Of a DNA stretch of 64,000 bases, positions 40,736 through 50,512 are shown one piece after another. The stretch lies in contig CAVTRC010000002.1 in NCBI GenBank assembly GCA_963737065.1, positions 448,001 to 512,000 of the forward strand. Reading direction: 5' to 3'. Origin of the DNA: Candidatus Eremiobacteria bacterium (lineage in GTDB: Bacteria > Vulcanimicrobiota > Vulcanimicrobiia > Vulcanimicrobiales > Vulcanimicrobiaceae). Position 1 is the first letter of the stretch, and every line of letters begins with the position of its first letter. Under the pieces are notes generated by a model. That model made no database searches, was not told the DNA's origin, and saw only the letters and a program-made list of their open reading frames with translations. Made by a program: the position numbers and the translations under genes.

Positions 40736-41378
40736 GGTCCTTTCGCTGGCGCTCGCAATCGTCGGTTGGGCCTATTTTCGCTTCGCGGCGAATCCAGCGA
40801 TCGCCTCACGCTTCGATCAACAGATCTCCGTACCGATCGCTGCGGAAAACCTTCCGATCGGATACATCGCGCATTTCACGGACAAAGACGCCGTCGTCAC
40901 GGTTGCAATGAAGCGCGGCGAACCGGCGATCAACCCGAACCAGGTCAAAGCCGTGCTGGATCTATCGAACAAAGGCAGCGGCGTGTACAACGTTCCGGTG
41001 CAACTCGTGGCGCCCGATATCGTCGTGCAGAGTTTGAGTCCCGCGTCGGTCAGTTTATCGATCGAGCGAATCGAGGACCGTAGTCTCCCGCTCGCGATGC
41101 ATTATACGGGGAATGCGAGCAGCGAGATCGTCGTAAACGACGTGCAGCAACAGCCGTCGGCGGTGACCGTCCACGGACCGACGAGTTTGCTGTCTCAAGT
41201 GACTGCCGTCACCCTGAACGTCCCGCTCGCGCAGAGTCCGTCGGCCTTCGATGCAATGGTCCGTCCGGTCCCGGTGAACGCGCTCGGGCAGGAAGTCGCC
41301 GGCCTGGAGGTCGCACCGGATCTCGTGCGCGTACGCGTGCACTTCGTCAAAGGAATGGGAGCAGGAACAAAACCGTGA
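40704..41378 (+). CDS. cdaR: CdaR/YbbR-domain regulator
   Basis: KVLSLALA TM, YbbR-like repeats, between cdaA and glmM. Confidence 0.85.
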   Translation: MVIIRKNFGLKVLSLALAIVGWAYFRFAANPAIASRFDQQISVPIAAENLPIGYIAHFTDKDAVVTVAMKRGEPAINPNQVKAVLDLSNKGSGVYNVPVQLVAPDIVVQSLSPASVSLSIERIEDRSLPLAMHYTGNASSEIVVNDVQQQPSAVTVHGPTSLLSQVTAVTLNVPLAQSPSAFDAMVRPVPVNALGQEVAGLEVAPDLVRVRVHFVKGMGAGTKP

Positions 41379-42727
41379 GCCGACTGTTCGGAACCGACGG
41401 CGTGCGAGGTGTAGCAAACACCGAGCTCACGCCGGAACTCGCTTTTCGTATCGGGCGTGCCGGAGCGACCGTTCTTGCGCATTCGAGTCACCGGCATCGC
41501 CCGGTCATCGTCGGCCGCGATACGCGTCTTTCGGGAACAATGCTTGAGGCCGCAATTACCTCCGGGATTACGTCGGTCGGGCGCGATGTCGTTTCGATTG
41601 GAATCGTCCCGACGCCGGCAGTTGCCCGCGTAACCGTCGCGGAAGGCGCCGCAGCCGGCGTCGTGATCAGTGCCTCGCACAATCCGATCGCTGACAACGG
41701 CATCAAATTTTTCGGTCCCGACGGATTCAAGCTCTCGGATGAGAGCGAGGACGAAATCGAACAGCTCGTCATCAGCGAAACGTTACCGCGTCCGACCGGC
41801 GTAGATATCGGCGTCGCGCGGGTATCCCAGAATTTCGGAAAGCATTATTACGACGAGCTTTATAGCGTCGGCACGGCGCTCGAAGGCTTGCACATTGTCG
41901 TCGACGGCGGATTCGGCGCGGCGTACGCTATCGCACCCTATGCCTTCAGGAAGATGGGCGCGACGGTCACGGAACTTAATTGCGAAAACGACGGATCCCG
42001 GATCAACGTCGAGTGCGGTGCAACGCACATGCGCGGTTTGCAGACGAAAGTTCGCGAGTTCATCGTAGCCGGCCAAAAAAATGTTCTCGGCGTTGCGTTT
42101 GACGGCGATGCCGACCGCGCGCTCTTTGTCGATGAAGAAGGCGAGTTTGTTTCCGGCGACCATGTGATGTTTGCGATCGGCCGCGATTTGCATGCGCGCG
42201 GTGAATTGGCCGGCGATACGATCGTCGGAACGGTCATGAGTAATATCGGGTTCGAACGCGCGCTCGAAACGCACGGCATGCACTTGCTGCGCGCCGCCGT
42301 TGGCGACCGGTACGTCCTCGAACAGATGCGCGCCGGCGCGTTTGTCCTCGGAGGCGAGCAGTCGGGTCATGTCATCGACATGCGGCGCAATACGACCGGC
42401 GACGGCCCGATGACCGCGATGACGCTCTTCGGCATTGTTGTATCCTCGAAGATGCGACTGCACGATCTCGTCGCGGACGTCGTGGTCGCTCCACAGATTC
42501 TGGTAAACGTCCGAACCCCGCACAAAGACGTGCTGAAAACCGATGACGTTCGCGCTGCAATCTCGCAAGCCGAGCTCGCTCTCCAGGGGTGCGGGCGACT
42601 ATTGATCCGGCCGTCGGGGACCGAACCACTTATAAGGGTCATGGCAGAGGGCGACGATCGCAATCACATCGAGACGATCGCGCACCGGCTCGCCGGTGAA
42701 ATAGAGCAAGCGGCCGCACGTTTATAG
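41375..42727 (+). CDS. glmM: Phosphoglucosamine mutase
   Basis: FGTDGVRG, SASHNP, DGDADR, GGEQSGH, RPSGTEP. Confidence 0.96.
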   Translation: MSRLFGTDGVRGVANTELTPELAFRIGRAGATVLAHSSHRHRPVIVGRDTRLSGTMLEAAITSGITSVGRDVVSIGIVPTPAVARVTVAEGAAAGVVISASHNPIADNGIKFFGPDGFKLSDESEDEIEQLVISETLPRPTGVDIGVARVSQNFGKHYYDELYSVGTALEGLHIVVDGGFGAAYAIAPYAFRKMGATVTELNCENDGSRINVECGATHMRGLQTKVREFIVAGQKNVLGVAFDGDADRALFVDEEGEFVSGDHVMFAIGRDLHARGELAGDTIVGTVMSNIGFERALETHGMHLLRAAVGDRYVLEQMRAGAFVLGGEQSGHVIDMRRNTTGDGPMTAMTLFGIVVSSKMRLHDLVADVVVAPQILVNVRTPHKDVLKTDDVRAAISQAELALQGCGRLLIRPSGTEPLIRVMAEGDDRNHIETIAHRLAGEIEQAAARL

Positions 42728-42844
42728 GACTGTAATTGCCCGGAAGGATACGGGGGCATTCCGATAAACCTAACGGCCCATAACAAACGGCTTTGTACAG
42801 AAAAGCTTCACATTTCTGCTGTACGAAGGCGATCACTACGCCTG

Positions 42845-42967
42845 CACAAGATCACTGAATCCGGTAGCGTGCCGGAGCGGGGGATTCCACGGTAGGGGTG
42901 AGTGGACCGGTCGGTCCTAGGGCGATCTTTCCGCCCGAACCCGTCAACTAACCTCGTAAGTGTTGTG
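42845..42967 (+). ncRNA. c-di-AMP (ydaO/yuaA) riboswitch
   Basis: Conserved blocks CTGAATCC...CGGGGGA...GGGGTGA...TAGGGCGA...CGCCCGAACCCGTCAACTAACCTCGTAAG; flanks CACAA..CACT/AGTGTTGTG pair; precedes NlpC/P60. Confidence 0.85.
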
Positions 42968-42982
42968 AAAGAGGAGCATCTC

Positions 42983-43600
42983 TTGCGTCGAGCGTTAGCT
43001 GCGGGACTTTTCAGCCTTTTGCTAGCCGGATCCAACTTCGCCATTGCGCGAGCGGACATCACACCGGCGGCTGTGCACGATACGCACACCACCGTTAACG
43101 AATCTGCCGTTCAAAGCCCGGACGTTGCCGAGTGGACGTCTCATTTAATCGTTAGCGGCAACCGCGCGCACACCGCAAAGAGCGGCCAGATTCGCTCGTT
43201 TGCCGGCGGCGTGCTTGCGCGTACGTCAAAGATCGCGCGAGCGCTCACCAAGAGCGCGCTGAAGTTTCTCGGCGTTCCGTATGTCTTCGGCGGCACCGGC
43301 AGGAGCGGATTCGACTGCTCCGGTTACGTGCAGCACGTCTTTGGCATGCTCGGCATTTCGCTTCCGCGAACCGCTGATGCACAGTTCGGCGCCGGCCACA
43401 AAATCGTGGGCCGCATCAAGCCGGGCGATCTCGTGTTCTTCCAGACGTATGCACCGGGGCCGTCGCACGTCGGCATCTACCTCGGGCGCAACAAATTCGT
43501 GAGCGCGAGCTCGAGCCAAGGCGTGTCGATTTCCAGTCTCAAGGATCCGTACTGGCGTTCGCACTACATCGGCGCAAAGCGCCTTCTCGCCTCGCGATAG
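42983..43600 (+). CDS. Secreted NlpC/P60 (C40) cell-wall peptidase
   Basis: GAGGAG then TTG, signal peptide, GVPYVFGG...FDCSG, HVGIY. Confidence 0.93.
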   Translation: MRRALAAGLFSLLLAGSNFAIARADITPAAVHDTHTTVNESAVQSPDVAEWTSHLIVSGNRAHTAKSGQIRSFAGGVLARTSKIARALTKSALKFLGVPYVFGGTGRSGFDCSGYVQHVFGMLGISLPRTADAQFGAGHKIVGRIKPGDLVFFQTYAPGPSHVGIYLGRNKFVSASSSQGVSISSLKDPYWRSHYIGAKRLLASR

Positions 43601-43656
43601 AAACGCACGCCTCCCGCGTCGCCGCGGAATCGCAGGTCGTCTCGGTCGCGTACCTT

Positions 43657-43989
43657 GTGTGGCCGCTAGCGATCTACGCTCGCATCGCTCCTCGTCCCGA
43701 TCCATCGACCTGGTATCAATATCAGCTTCGCCAAGCGCTCTGGTTCGGCAATCTGTCGGCAATCACGGCGTTCGTCGCGTTAGTGTGGCCGCTCATCATC
43801 ACGCTCGCCGTTACCAACGTCGTCGCGACGATTTGGGTCTACGTCCTCGCGATGCTGATCGATATTGCGCTCTTCGTTCTGTGGCTCGTTCGGGCAATCA
43901 ACTATAGTCAGCGAGCCGCGCGCGGCGAACTCTTCGAAGTGCCGGTCGTCTCCAGAATCACCGGGGGTCTTCACGGCAGCATGCGCTGA
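43657..43989 (+). CDS. Small membrane protein (DUF4870-like); true start probably upstream
   Basis: Hydrophobic helices, RQAL, AARGELFEVPVV. Confidence 0.6.
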   Translation: MWPLAIYARIAPRPDPSTWYQYQLRQALWFGNLSAITAFVALVWPLIITLAVTNVVATIWVYVLAMLIDIALFVLWLVRAINYSQRAARGELFEVPVVSRITGGLHGSMR

Positions 43990-44164
43990 GTGCCAAGCGC
44001 AAGAATCTACGCCCGACTGGAACCCCACGTGACGTGACAGGGACATCAATGTACGCGTAGTATCGTAGCCGGCTGTGCCTACGCGCACAATGGGGTCGCC
44101 GCACGAAGCGGTGACGCCATCAGAGCGACATGATGTCGCGCTTTTGGGCAATGCCGAAAACTGA

Positions 44165-44236
44165 TGGGGTGTAGCCAAGCGGTAAGGCAGCGGACTTTGA
44201 CTCCGCCATGCGTTGGTTCGAATCCAGCCACCCCAG
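44165..44236 (+). tRNA. tRNA-Gln(TTG); 3' CCA not encoded
   Basis: TGGGGTG/CACCCCA acceptor stem, GCGGA-CT-TTG-AC-TCCGC anticodon arm, GGTTCGAATCC. Confidence 0.97.
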
Positions 44237-44241
44237 CATTG

Positions 44242-44273
44242 AGACTCGCGCTGCATGTGAGTCTTTCTATTTT
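44242..44273 (+). terminator. Putative terminator after tRNA-Gln
   Basis: AGACTCGCG/TGTGAGTCT stem (two G-U pairs) followed by TTCTATTTT. Confidence 0.55.
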
Positions 44274-44333
44274 GGGTCACCGGCGGTTGAACTTCTTTTG
44301 CGGTGAACGCCGTGTGCGTCTTCGTCCCGGCAT

Positions 44334-44684
44334 TTATTTCTCGGCGTGCGTCGCCCGAAATTGCACGAGTCGGCGAAGCAAATCTTCCGGAACCGGATCG
44401 GAATAGCGGAAGCGGATTGTGCTGCCGTCGACGTCGTGCTTCGCAAGTTCACTTTCGAACGCTGTGCGGACCGCTTCGTTCATCGCGTACATCGCGTAAT
44501 GTTGCTTCCATGCGGCAAAATGCACGAACCGCTTACCGCGGATTTTGTACGTCGGCATGTCGTATGCGATCGTTTCTTCCGCCTCGGGAACCGCCGTGCG
44601 GATAACGGCGCGGACGCGTTGAAGCGTAAGACGAACGGCGTCCGGCTGCGCCGCGATGTACGCGTCGACCGATTCAAACGCCAT
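44334..44684 (-). CDS. DUF1801 / YdhG-like protein
   Basis: SVDAYIAA, PEAEETIAYDMPTY, FAAWKQH, STIRF. Confidence 0.85.
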   Translation of the reverse strand: MAFESVDAYIAAQPDAVRLTLQRVRAVIRTAVPEAEETIAYDMPTYKIRGKRFVHFAAWKQHYAMYAMNEAVRTAFESELAKHDVDGSTIRFRYSDPVPEDLLRRLVQFRATHAEK

Positions 44685-44998
44685 TGGCGCGGCATTCCTT
44701 GCTCAGCTGACTTGCGAATCGTCCAGAAGTCGCGCTGCAACTCTTGCGCCGCAGCTGGTTGTACACCGCGGCGCAATACTCGCGTAGATCGGCCGACGGC
44801 GGCGGAGCGACGCGCGGCATGAAGCGCACGTGAGCGTCGCGTTTGTTCACCAGATGGCCGGCGTGCGTCCCAGTCACGCCGCCAAATTACGCGACGGCGT
44901 TTAGCCCGCCTGCTCTCGCGCGATGCCCGCATACCGGATGAGGGTGATCGCGGTACGCAGGTGAGCGGGCGTCTACGGTTGCACAACGATCATGGAGC

Positions 44999-45955
44999 AT
45001 GACGTCACGCGCCGCTGCATCACTTCACATCACGAACGGTGATTCCGTCGTTTATACGTTCAAGAAGGCAGGGATTCTCGGAACCCATCTTCCGTGGCGC
45101 GACGCGCTCCACGAAGGACCCGTCCCGGGACATTTACGGTTGGAAGAGTGCAGCCGTGTCCGGGGCGCATATCTAGGGTCGCGTGGACACGGCAAACCCA
45201 TTCGCGTACTGCGCGATTTCGAAGCGCGCGACGCGGTGGTTCGCCGGGCGGCTGCGTTCGACGAAGTAGTGTTGTGGTTCGAGCATGACCTCTACGATCA
45301 ACTCCAGATTCTGCAGATCTTGGACGTGTTGCGCGCAATGAATCTCGAACCCGGACGGGTCTCGATCGTGCAAAGCGACAGCTATCTCGGAAGTATGACG
45401 GCCGAAGAGATTGTGATGCTTCACCCGAAACGCCGGACGGTTACGCGAGCGATGTTCGACCGTGCGTCAACCCTTTGGCATGATTTCTGCTCGGCGAATC
45501 CGGCCGCGCTTCTCTCCGCAAGCCAGAGCGAAGATCCGGGATTTCCGCATTTACGCACGGCGTTGCGACGCATGTGCGAGGAGCATCCGTGGGTAGGCGA
45601 CGGCCTCTCGCGCTCGCAGCGCCAAGCGTTGCAATCCGTCGCGCAGGGCCCGGCGCGAAACGACGAAGTGTTCCGGCGTGCGCAATCCCGTGAAGAAGCG
45701 CCATTCTTTGGCGATACGACCTTCTATGCGCTTCTGCACGATTTGCGCCGCGGCCCCGCGCCGCTCGTTGAAGAGGATGGTGGTCTCTACGCGCCGACCG
45801 GACTTGGACGCCGCGTACTTGCCGGCGACGCGGATTGGCTCGAAGCCGCTCCGGCCGATCGCTGGATCGGCGGCGTGCACGTCGCCGGATCGAACCCCGC
45901 GCGATGGGACGATCTCCGCGGAACCTTCCGGACCGGCGAGGAGGCGGCAGATTGA
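44999..45955 (+). CDS. DUF1835-like hypothetical protein
   Basis: LHITNGDS, PWRDALHEGPVP, LWFEHDLYDQLQ, RWIGG. Confidence 0.75.
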   Translation: MTSRAAASLHITNGDSVVYTFKKAGILGTHLPWRDALHEGPVPGHLRLEECSRVRGAYLGSRGHGKPIRVLRDFEARDAVVRRAAAFDEVVLWFEHDLYDQLQILQILDVLRAMNLEPGRVSIVQSDSYLGSMTAEEIVMLHPKRRTVTRAMFDRASTLWHDFCSANPAALLSASQSEDPGFPHLRTALRRMCEEHPWVGDGLSRSQRQALQSVAQGPARNDEVFRRAQSREEAPFFGDTTFYALLHDLRRGPAPLVEEDGGLYAPTGLGRRVLAGDADWLEAAPADRWIGGVHVAGSNPARWDDLRGTFRTGEEAAD

Positions 45956-46290
45956 ATCTGCGCGAGCTCATTGATGAACTCGTCTCCGCCTGGCATGCGG
46001 GCGATGCGCTGCGCGCGAGCGCATTCTTTGCAGCCGACGGCGTCTATCATGAGTCGGGACATGAGCCGATTCGTGGGCGAGATGCGATCGCCGCATACTT
46101 CACGCGCTTCTTCCGCGACGGTCCACCGTGGCGGTTGACGATAGCGGATGTGTTGATTGACGGAGATCGAGCCGCAGTGGCGTACACGTTCGAGACGCAG
46201 CATGACGGCGTGTGGCAGACGCGCGAAGGTTGTGCCCTGGTTCGGCGACAACGCGGTGCGGTCGTCCAATGGCGCGAGTATCACGGATAA
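45952..46290 (+). CDS. NTF2/SnoaL-like protein
   Basis: AWHAGD...FFAADGVY, PIRGRDAI, WREY. Confidence 0.85.
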   Translation: MNLRELIDELVSAWHAGDALRASAFFAADGVYHESGHEPIRGRDAIAAYFTRFFRDGPPWRLTIADVLIDGDRAAVAYTFETQHDGVWQTREGCALVRRQRGAVVQWREYHG

Positions 46291-46300
46291 GGAGCGAACG

Positions 46301-46669
46301 ATGTCGCATGACGTGTTGAGTATCGATATCACAAACGAAGGAGATGCCGTAATCTATCGGCTGCGCGGCACTTTGGACGTCGCAACGTCGCCGTCGGTCC
46401 GCGCGGCATTGATGCAAACCGCGAGTGAAGGCAATCACGAGATCGTCGTCGATTTGACGAAGCTTGAATTTCTTGATTCGACGGGACTCGGGGCACTGAT
46501 CGGCGCGCATCGCCGCGCGATCGAGAACGGCGGAAAAATTCGTCTTGCGGTCGGTGAAGGCCAAATTCAACGCCTGCTCAACATCACCGGGCTGATCCGC
46601 ATCTTCCCGGTTTACACCACGCTACAAGACGCGATCGGCGAAAACGATCGTATGACCGCGACGATTTAG
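46301..46669 (+). CDS. STAS anti-sigma factor antagonist (RsbV/SpoIIAA-like)
   Basis: LRGTLDVATSP, DLTKLEFLDSTGLGAL, ITGL; AAGGAG RBS. Confidence 0.93.
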   Translation: MSHDVLSIDITNEGDAVIYRLRGTLDVATSPSVRAALMQTASEGNHEIVVDLTKLEFLDSTGLGALIGAHRRAIENGGKIRLAVGEGQIQRLLNITGLIRIFPVYTTLQDAIGENDRMTATI

Positions 46670-46742
46670 CGATACGCTTCCTCTATCACGGTAGCGGGCT
46701 TTCGCCTTCCGGTATGAAAAGAGCGGGTCCGCAAGGAAACAC

Positions 46743-47192
46743 GTGGGTGTGACGGATTTGGAACTCGTGCACGTTAACGTCGCTTCTCCGGCCGGTGCGT
46801 ACACCGTCGGCGATCCGTCGTTCTTTCACTACATCCTGCGCTTATCTGAATTAGGGCTCGCGCTGCCGATGGACGACCGTGAAGCACTCGACATTTTGGC
46901 CGCGATCCCGCATGCGTTCGAGCCGGACGACGAGCTTGGTCCGCTCTCCGGCGCGGGTTGGCGCGTCGTGCCGGCGCAGACCGAGCTCGACTGGCCGGTG
47001 CTGGAAGCAACGCCGCAACGATTGCGCACCGCGCTCGAGCGCGCGCACGCGATTTTGTGGAGCAACGCCGCCCGCTGCGCCGTTTCCGCGCGTGAGATTA
47101 CGTCGATCGAACGTGAGCTCGATGCCGTGTACGTCGTGCTGATGCGCGCGGAAGCCGCGGGCTTCACCGTCAACGTCTCTTACGTCGCGTAG
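46743..47192 (+). CDS. Hypothetical protein
   Basis: AAGGA RBS, fills the gap; no recognised motif. Confidence 0.6.
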   Translation: MGVTDLELVHVNVASPAGAYTVGDPSFFHYILRLSELGLALPMDDREALDILAAIPHAFEPDDELGPLSGAGWRVVPAQTELDWPVLEATPQRLRTALERAHAILWSNAARCAVSAREITSIERELDAVYVVLMRAEAAGFTVNVSYVA

Positions 47193-47208
47193 ATCCGCGC
47201 GCTTACCG

Positions 47209-48111
47209 ATCGTCCTGCCGCTGCGCGGTGCGGGCGGCGAGCCGGTTTCGTTTCCTTTTACAATCCGTTCGCACGGTCTCGCGCGCCTTCCACCAGGCCG
47301 AATCGACGAACGCGCACCGGCGTACGACATCACCGTCGCACTCGACGGGACGATCGTCACATTGCGCTTTACCGAACAGGACGGGATGTTGCATATCGGC
47401 TTCGACGGTGGGCTTTCGGCCCACCACGAACGCGCGATCCGCGCGACCGCGACGCGGATGTTCCGGCTGGACGACAACCTCGCGCCGTTCTACGACATGA
47501 TCGCAGGCGATCCCGATTTGAGTTGGGCTCGCGGCGGTGCAGGCCGTATGCTTGCGAGTCCGCGCGTCTTCGATGATGTGATTCGGACGATTTGTACGAC
47601 GAATTGCGCCTGGTCTGCTACGACGCGTATGATTACGGCGCTCGTTGAACTTGCGAGCGGAGCGTTCCCCGATGCGGCATTGCTTGCGCGTACGCCCGCT
47701 CGGTGGTTCACCGACGTCGCGCGCATGGGATATCGCGGTCCGTACGTGCGCAAAATCGCGACGGACGTCGTCGAGAACGACCTGAACTTGGAGGTTCTTC
47801 TGCCGCATCACGGATTGGGAGAAGAAGAGGTCGAGAAGCGCCTTTTAGCGTTGCCCGGTGTCGGTCCGTATGCCGCCGCGCACATGATGCAGCTGCTGGG
47901 CTACCATCATCGCCTCATTCTCGACTCATGGACGCGCCCGACATATGCGAAGCTCGCAAACAAAAAGCGCGCCTCCGATACGACGATTCGCCGCCGTTTC
48001 GCGCGATACGGGCGATTCGCCGGACTCGCGTTTTGGCTCTACCTCACTCGTCGCTGGCACGACGGTGCCGCGAAGATCGGCCTCGATAGCGAGTTAGTGG
48101 ACGAGGAGTAG
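47209..48111 (+). CDS. HhH-GPD DNA glycosylase (AlkA/Ogg-like); start uncertain (first canonical start 47362)
   Basis: TICTTN, GYRGPY, LLALPGVGPYAA...LDSW. Confidence 0.8.
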   Translation: MVLPLRGAGGEPVSFPFTIRSHGLARLPPGRIDERAPAYDITVALDGTIVTLRFTEQDGMLHIGFDGGLSAHHERAIRATATRMFRLDDNLAPFYDMIAGDPDLSWARGGAGRMLASPRVFDDVIRTICTTNCAWSATTRMITALVELASGAFPDAALLARTPARWFTDVARMGYRGPYVRKIATDVVENDLNLEVLLPHHGLGEEEVEKRLLALPGVGPYAAAHMMQLLGYHHRLILDSWTRPTYAKLANKKRASDTTIRRRFARYGRFAGLAFWLYLTRRWHDGAAKIGLDSELVDEE

Positions 48112-49332
48112 CGCGGCGCCGAGCGCCGGCAGCAATACGACTGTGCCGATCTGCGAAAACTGCCACACGGTCACATCGATCCCTTCGCGCCGCAGGACGA
48201 CGAGCCATAGCAGCGTGGCGAGCGAACCGGAGACGGCAAGGTTCGGTCCGAGATCAATCGCAACGAGCGTCGCGTGCGCGACGCGCGGCGTAACGCTCGC
48301 TGACTGCAGCGCGACGCCGGAAGCCAACGCAACCGGCAGATTGTTGAAGAGATTACACGCAAGCATCATGATTGCGCCGATCGAAAAGACGCCTGCAATG
48401 GAGTCGCTTCGCTCCAGCAACATACGAATCGCATCGATCGCGCCGCTGCGATCGAGCGCGCTGACGATAACGAAGAGTCCCGCGACGAGCGGCACGATCG
48501 ACCACGGCGTGTGCCGTATCGCGGCGGCTGCGCTCGCCGGTGCGCGCGCGCTTATCGTGGCGAACGACACAACGGCGGCACCAAGCGCCGTGTATCCGAC
48601 GTTCATACCAAAGCTCGTTGCCGCAACGAGCGCCATGGCCGAGAGGACGAGCAGTGCTGTCGTCCAAGCCGTCGTTCGGCCCGTGGCGGGCTCGGTGGTC
48701 CGATAGCTGTACCGTTCGTGAAGTTTCCGGCGGTAGAGCAGGCGCATCGCGGCATACGTCAGCAGGATTGCGGCGGCCGCCGCGAGACCGAAGCTGCGCA
48801 GCCATGGTATCAACGGCGGGAGCGCGTCGCCGAACAGCACGAGATTCGCCGGATTCGAGATCGGGAAAACAAACGACGCCGCGTTCGCGACAAACGCGCA
48901 GATGTAGAGAAACGGCAACGGCGCGCACTGCGTGCGCGCGAGCATAGCGAGCACCGCAGGGGTCAACACCACGACGGTCGTGTCGTTTGAAAGCAACGCC
49001 GTGATGATCGTCCCGGCGGCAAAGACGAGCGCAAAAAGCCGCCCCTGCGATCCGGCCGCCGCGCGCAGCAATCGGAGCGCGAGGATCTCGAACACTTGCT
49101 CGGAGCGCGCGAGCTCCGCTAAACTCAGAATTCCGACGAGAAACGCGTAGACGTCTGCGCCACGCCAGACGGCGCGCGCGACGTCACCGGGACTCATCGC
49201 GCTTGCGATTGCCGCGAGCACGCCGCCGGCGACCGCCCATGTCCATTCGGGCGTCCGGCGCGGACGTAACAAAATACCGCCTACCGCGCAGGCGCTTACG
49301 GCCCAAACGGCTGCCGTTTGAACGGATGACAT
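48094..49332 (-). CDS. ArsB/NhaD family transporter
   Basis: LSNDTTVVVLTP, ANAASFVFPISNPANL, NNLP, DLGPNL...GSLATLLW. Confidence 0.88.
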   Translation of the reverse strand: MSSVQTAAVWAVSACAVGGILLRPRRTPEWTWAVAGGVLAAIASAMSPGDVARAVWRGADVYAFLVGILSLAELARSEQVFEILALRLLRAAAGSQGRLFALVFAAGTIITALLSNDTTVVVLTPAVLAMLARTQCAPLPFLYICAFVANAASFVFPISNPANLVLFGDALPPLIPWLRSFGLAAAAAILLTYAAMRLLYRRKLHERYSYRTTEPATGRTTAWTTALLVLSAMALVAATSFGMNVGYTALGAAVVSFATISARAPASAAAAIRHTPWSIVPLVAGLFVIVSALDRSGAIDAIRMLLERSDSIAGVFSIGAIMMLACNLFNNLPVALASGVALQSASVTPRVAHATLVAIDLGPNLAVSGSLATLLWLVVLRREGIDVTVWQFSQIGTVVLLPALGAALLLVH

Positions 49333-49341
49333 CGAATTCGT

Positions 49342-50346
49342 CTACGCGGGATCGTCCGATACAACTGCGCGGTCGCGCAGGTGATGTTCTTCGTAACTGC
49401 GGCGGACGTGTTCCATCGTCATCTCGGCGTAAATCTGCGTGGTCTGAATGCTTTCATGCCCCAGAAACTCTTTGATCGTCATCAAATCGACGCCGCTTTG
49501 ATGAAGATGCGTGGCGACGGAATGCCGCATGGTGTGCGGGGTTACTTTCCCTTCTAATCCGCTTAGCTTTACGTACGCGGAGAACACTTTGCCGAGCTGC
49601 TGATAGCTCAGCCGCCGGTGTTGTTTGCTGACGAACAACGCGCCGTCTTCGCAGCGCGGACGAACGTCGAGGTACGCCTTGAGTGCGGTGGCGGTCGCTT
49701 CGTTGAAAAACACTGTTCGTTGCTTATTGCCTTTGCCGATCACCCGAATCGTCCGATCGTCGAAATTTACGTCGCTGACGTCGATGCCGACGAGTTCGGC
49801 GCGACGGATGCCGCTAGCGTAGAGCAACTCGAGGATCGCGATATCACGGCGCCATCGCATCTCCGGCGCTCCCGCCTGCGGACGCGTGCCGAGCAGCCGC
49901 ATGACATCCGTAAAGGGCAATGCTTTGGGAAGCCGCTTCGGAAGACGAATGTTCGGGACGTCGGCTGCCGGGTTGTCCGCGCGCGCGCCCTCGCGCTTCA
50001 GATAGGCGTAAAACCGTCGCAACACGGCCAGCTTTCGCCGAATCGCGGCCTCAGTGAAGTCGTGCCGGCTCAGGTGCATGACGAATTGACGCACCGACGA
50101 AGGGGTCGCGTCGCGAAGCTCTGCCCCAAACGGGCCACGATATGGCGTGCCATCCGGATTTGTGATACTGCGGCCTAGTACGAACGCGCCGAAGATCTCG
50201 ACGTCCCGCGTATACTCACGTACCGTGCGAGCACCGCGACGCAATTCGAGCGTTAGCTGGGATGCGAACTCGCTAACCAGTGGGTCTAACGGGTGCGAAT
50301 CCCGCCGCCTTCGATCCCCCGCCGATGGCGGCCCGTGTTTCTCCAA
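49342..50346 (-). CDS. XerC/XerD-family tyrosine recombinase
   Basis: ASGIRRAEL, GKGNKQR, HTMRHSVATHL, LGHESIQTTQIY (complete catalytic set). Confidence 0.93.
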   Translation of the reverse strand: MEKHGPPSAGDRRRRDSHPLDPLVSEFASQLTLELRRGARTVREYTRDVEIFGAFVLGRSITNPDGTPYRGPFGAELRDATPSSVRQFVMHLSRHDFTEAAIRRKLAVLRRFYAYLKREGARADNPAADVPNIRLPKRLPKALPFTDVMRLLGTRPQAGAPEMRWRRDIAILELLYASGIRRAELVGIDVSDVNFDDRTIRVIGKGNKQRTVFFNEATATALKAYLDVRPRCEDGALFVSKQHRRLSYQQLGKVFSAYVKLSGLEGKVTPHTMRHSVATHLHQSGVDLMTIKEFLGHESIQTTQIYAEMTMEHVRRSYEEHHLRDRAVVSDDPA

Positions 50347-50373
50347 GGGGCACCCCTTCTCGGACGATTTTCT

Positions 50374-50403
50374 AACTAGCGCAAATATTGGTTTGTGCTA
50401 ATT
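50374..50403. promoter_or_regulatory. Putative dif-like tyrosine-recombinase core site
   Basis: AACTAGCGCAAA-TATTGG-TTTGTGCTAATT, 12-bp inverted arms (10/12) with a 6-bp spacer, just upstream of the xer gene. Confidence 0.5.
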
Positions 50404-50512
50404 ACGCTGTCCGTAGTCGCGGACCTGTCCGTCGTTCGTAAGTTGTTCACCGCTAGCGCCGCCGCGCGTACCGAGGCGCTCGATCGGCATAGCGCCCGCG
50501 CTCCACTCGGAG

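Noticed and set aside
44685..44998. Gene or pseudogene between the DUF1801 and DUF1835-like genes
   Set aside because: No recognisable motif in the frames I read.
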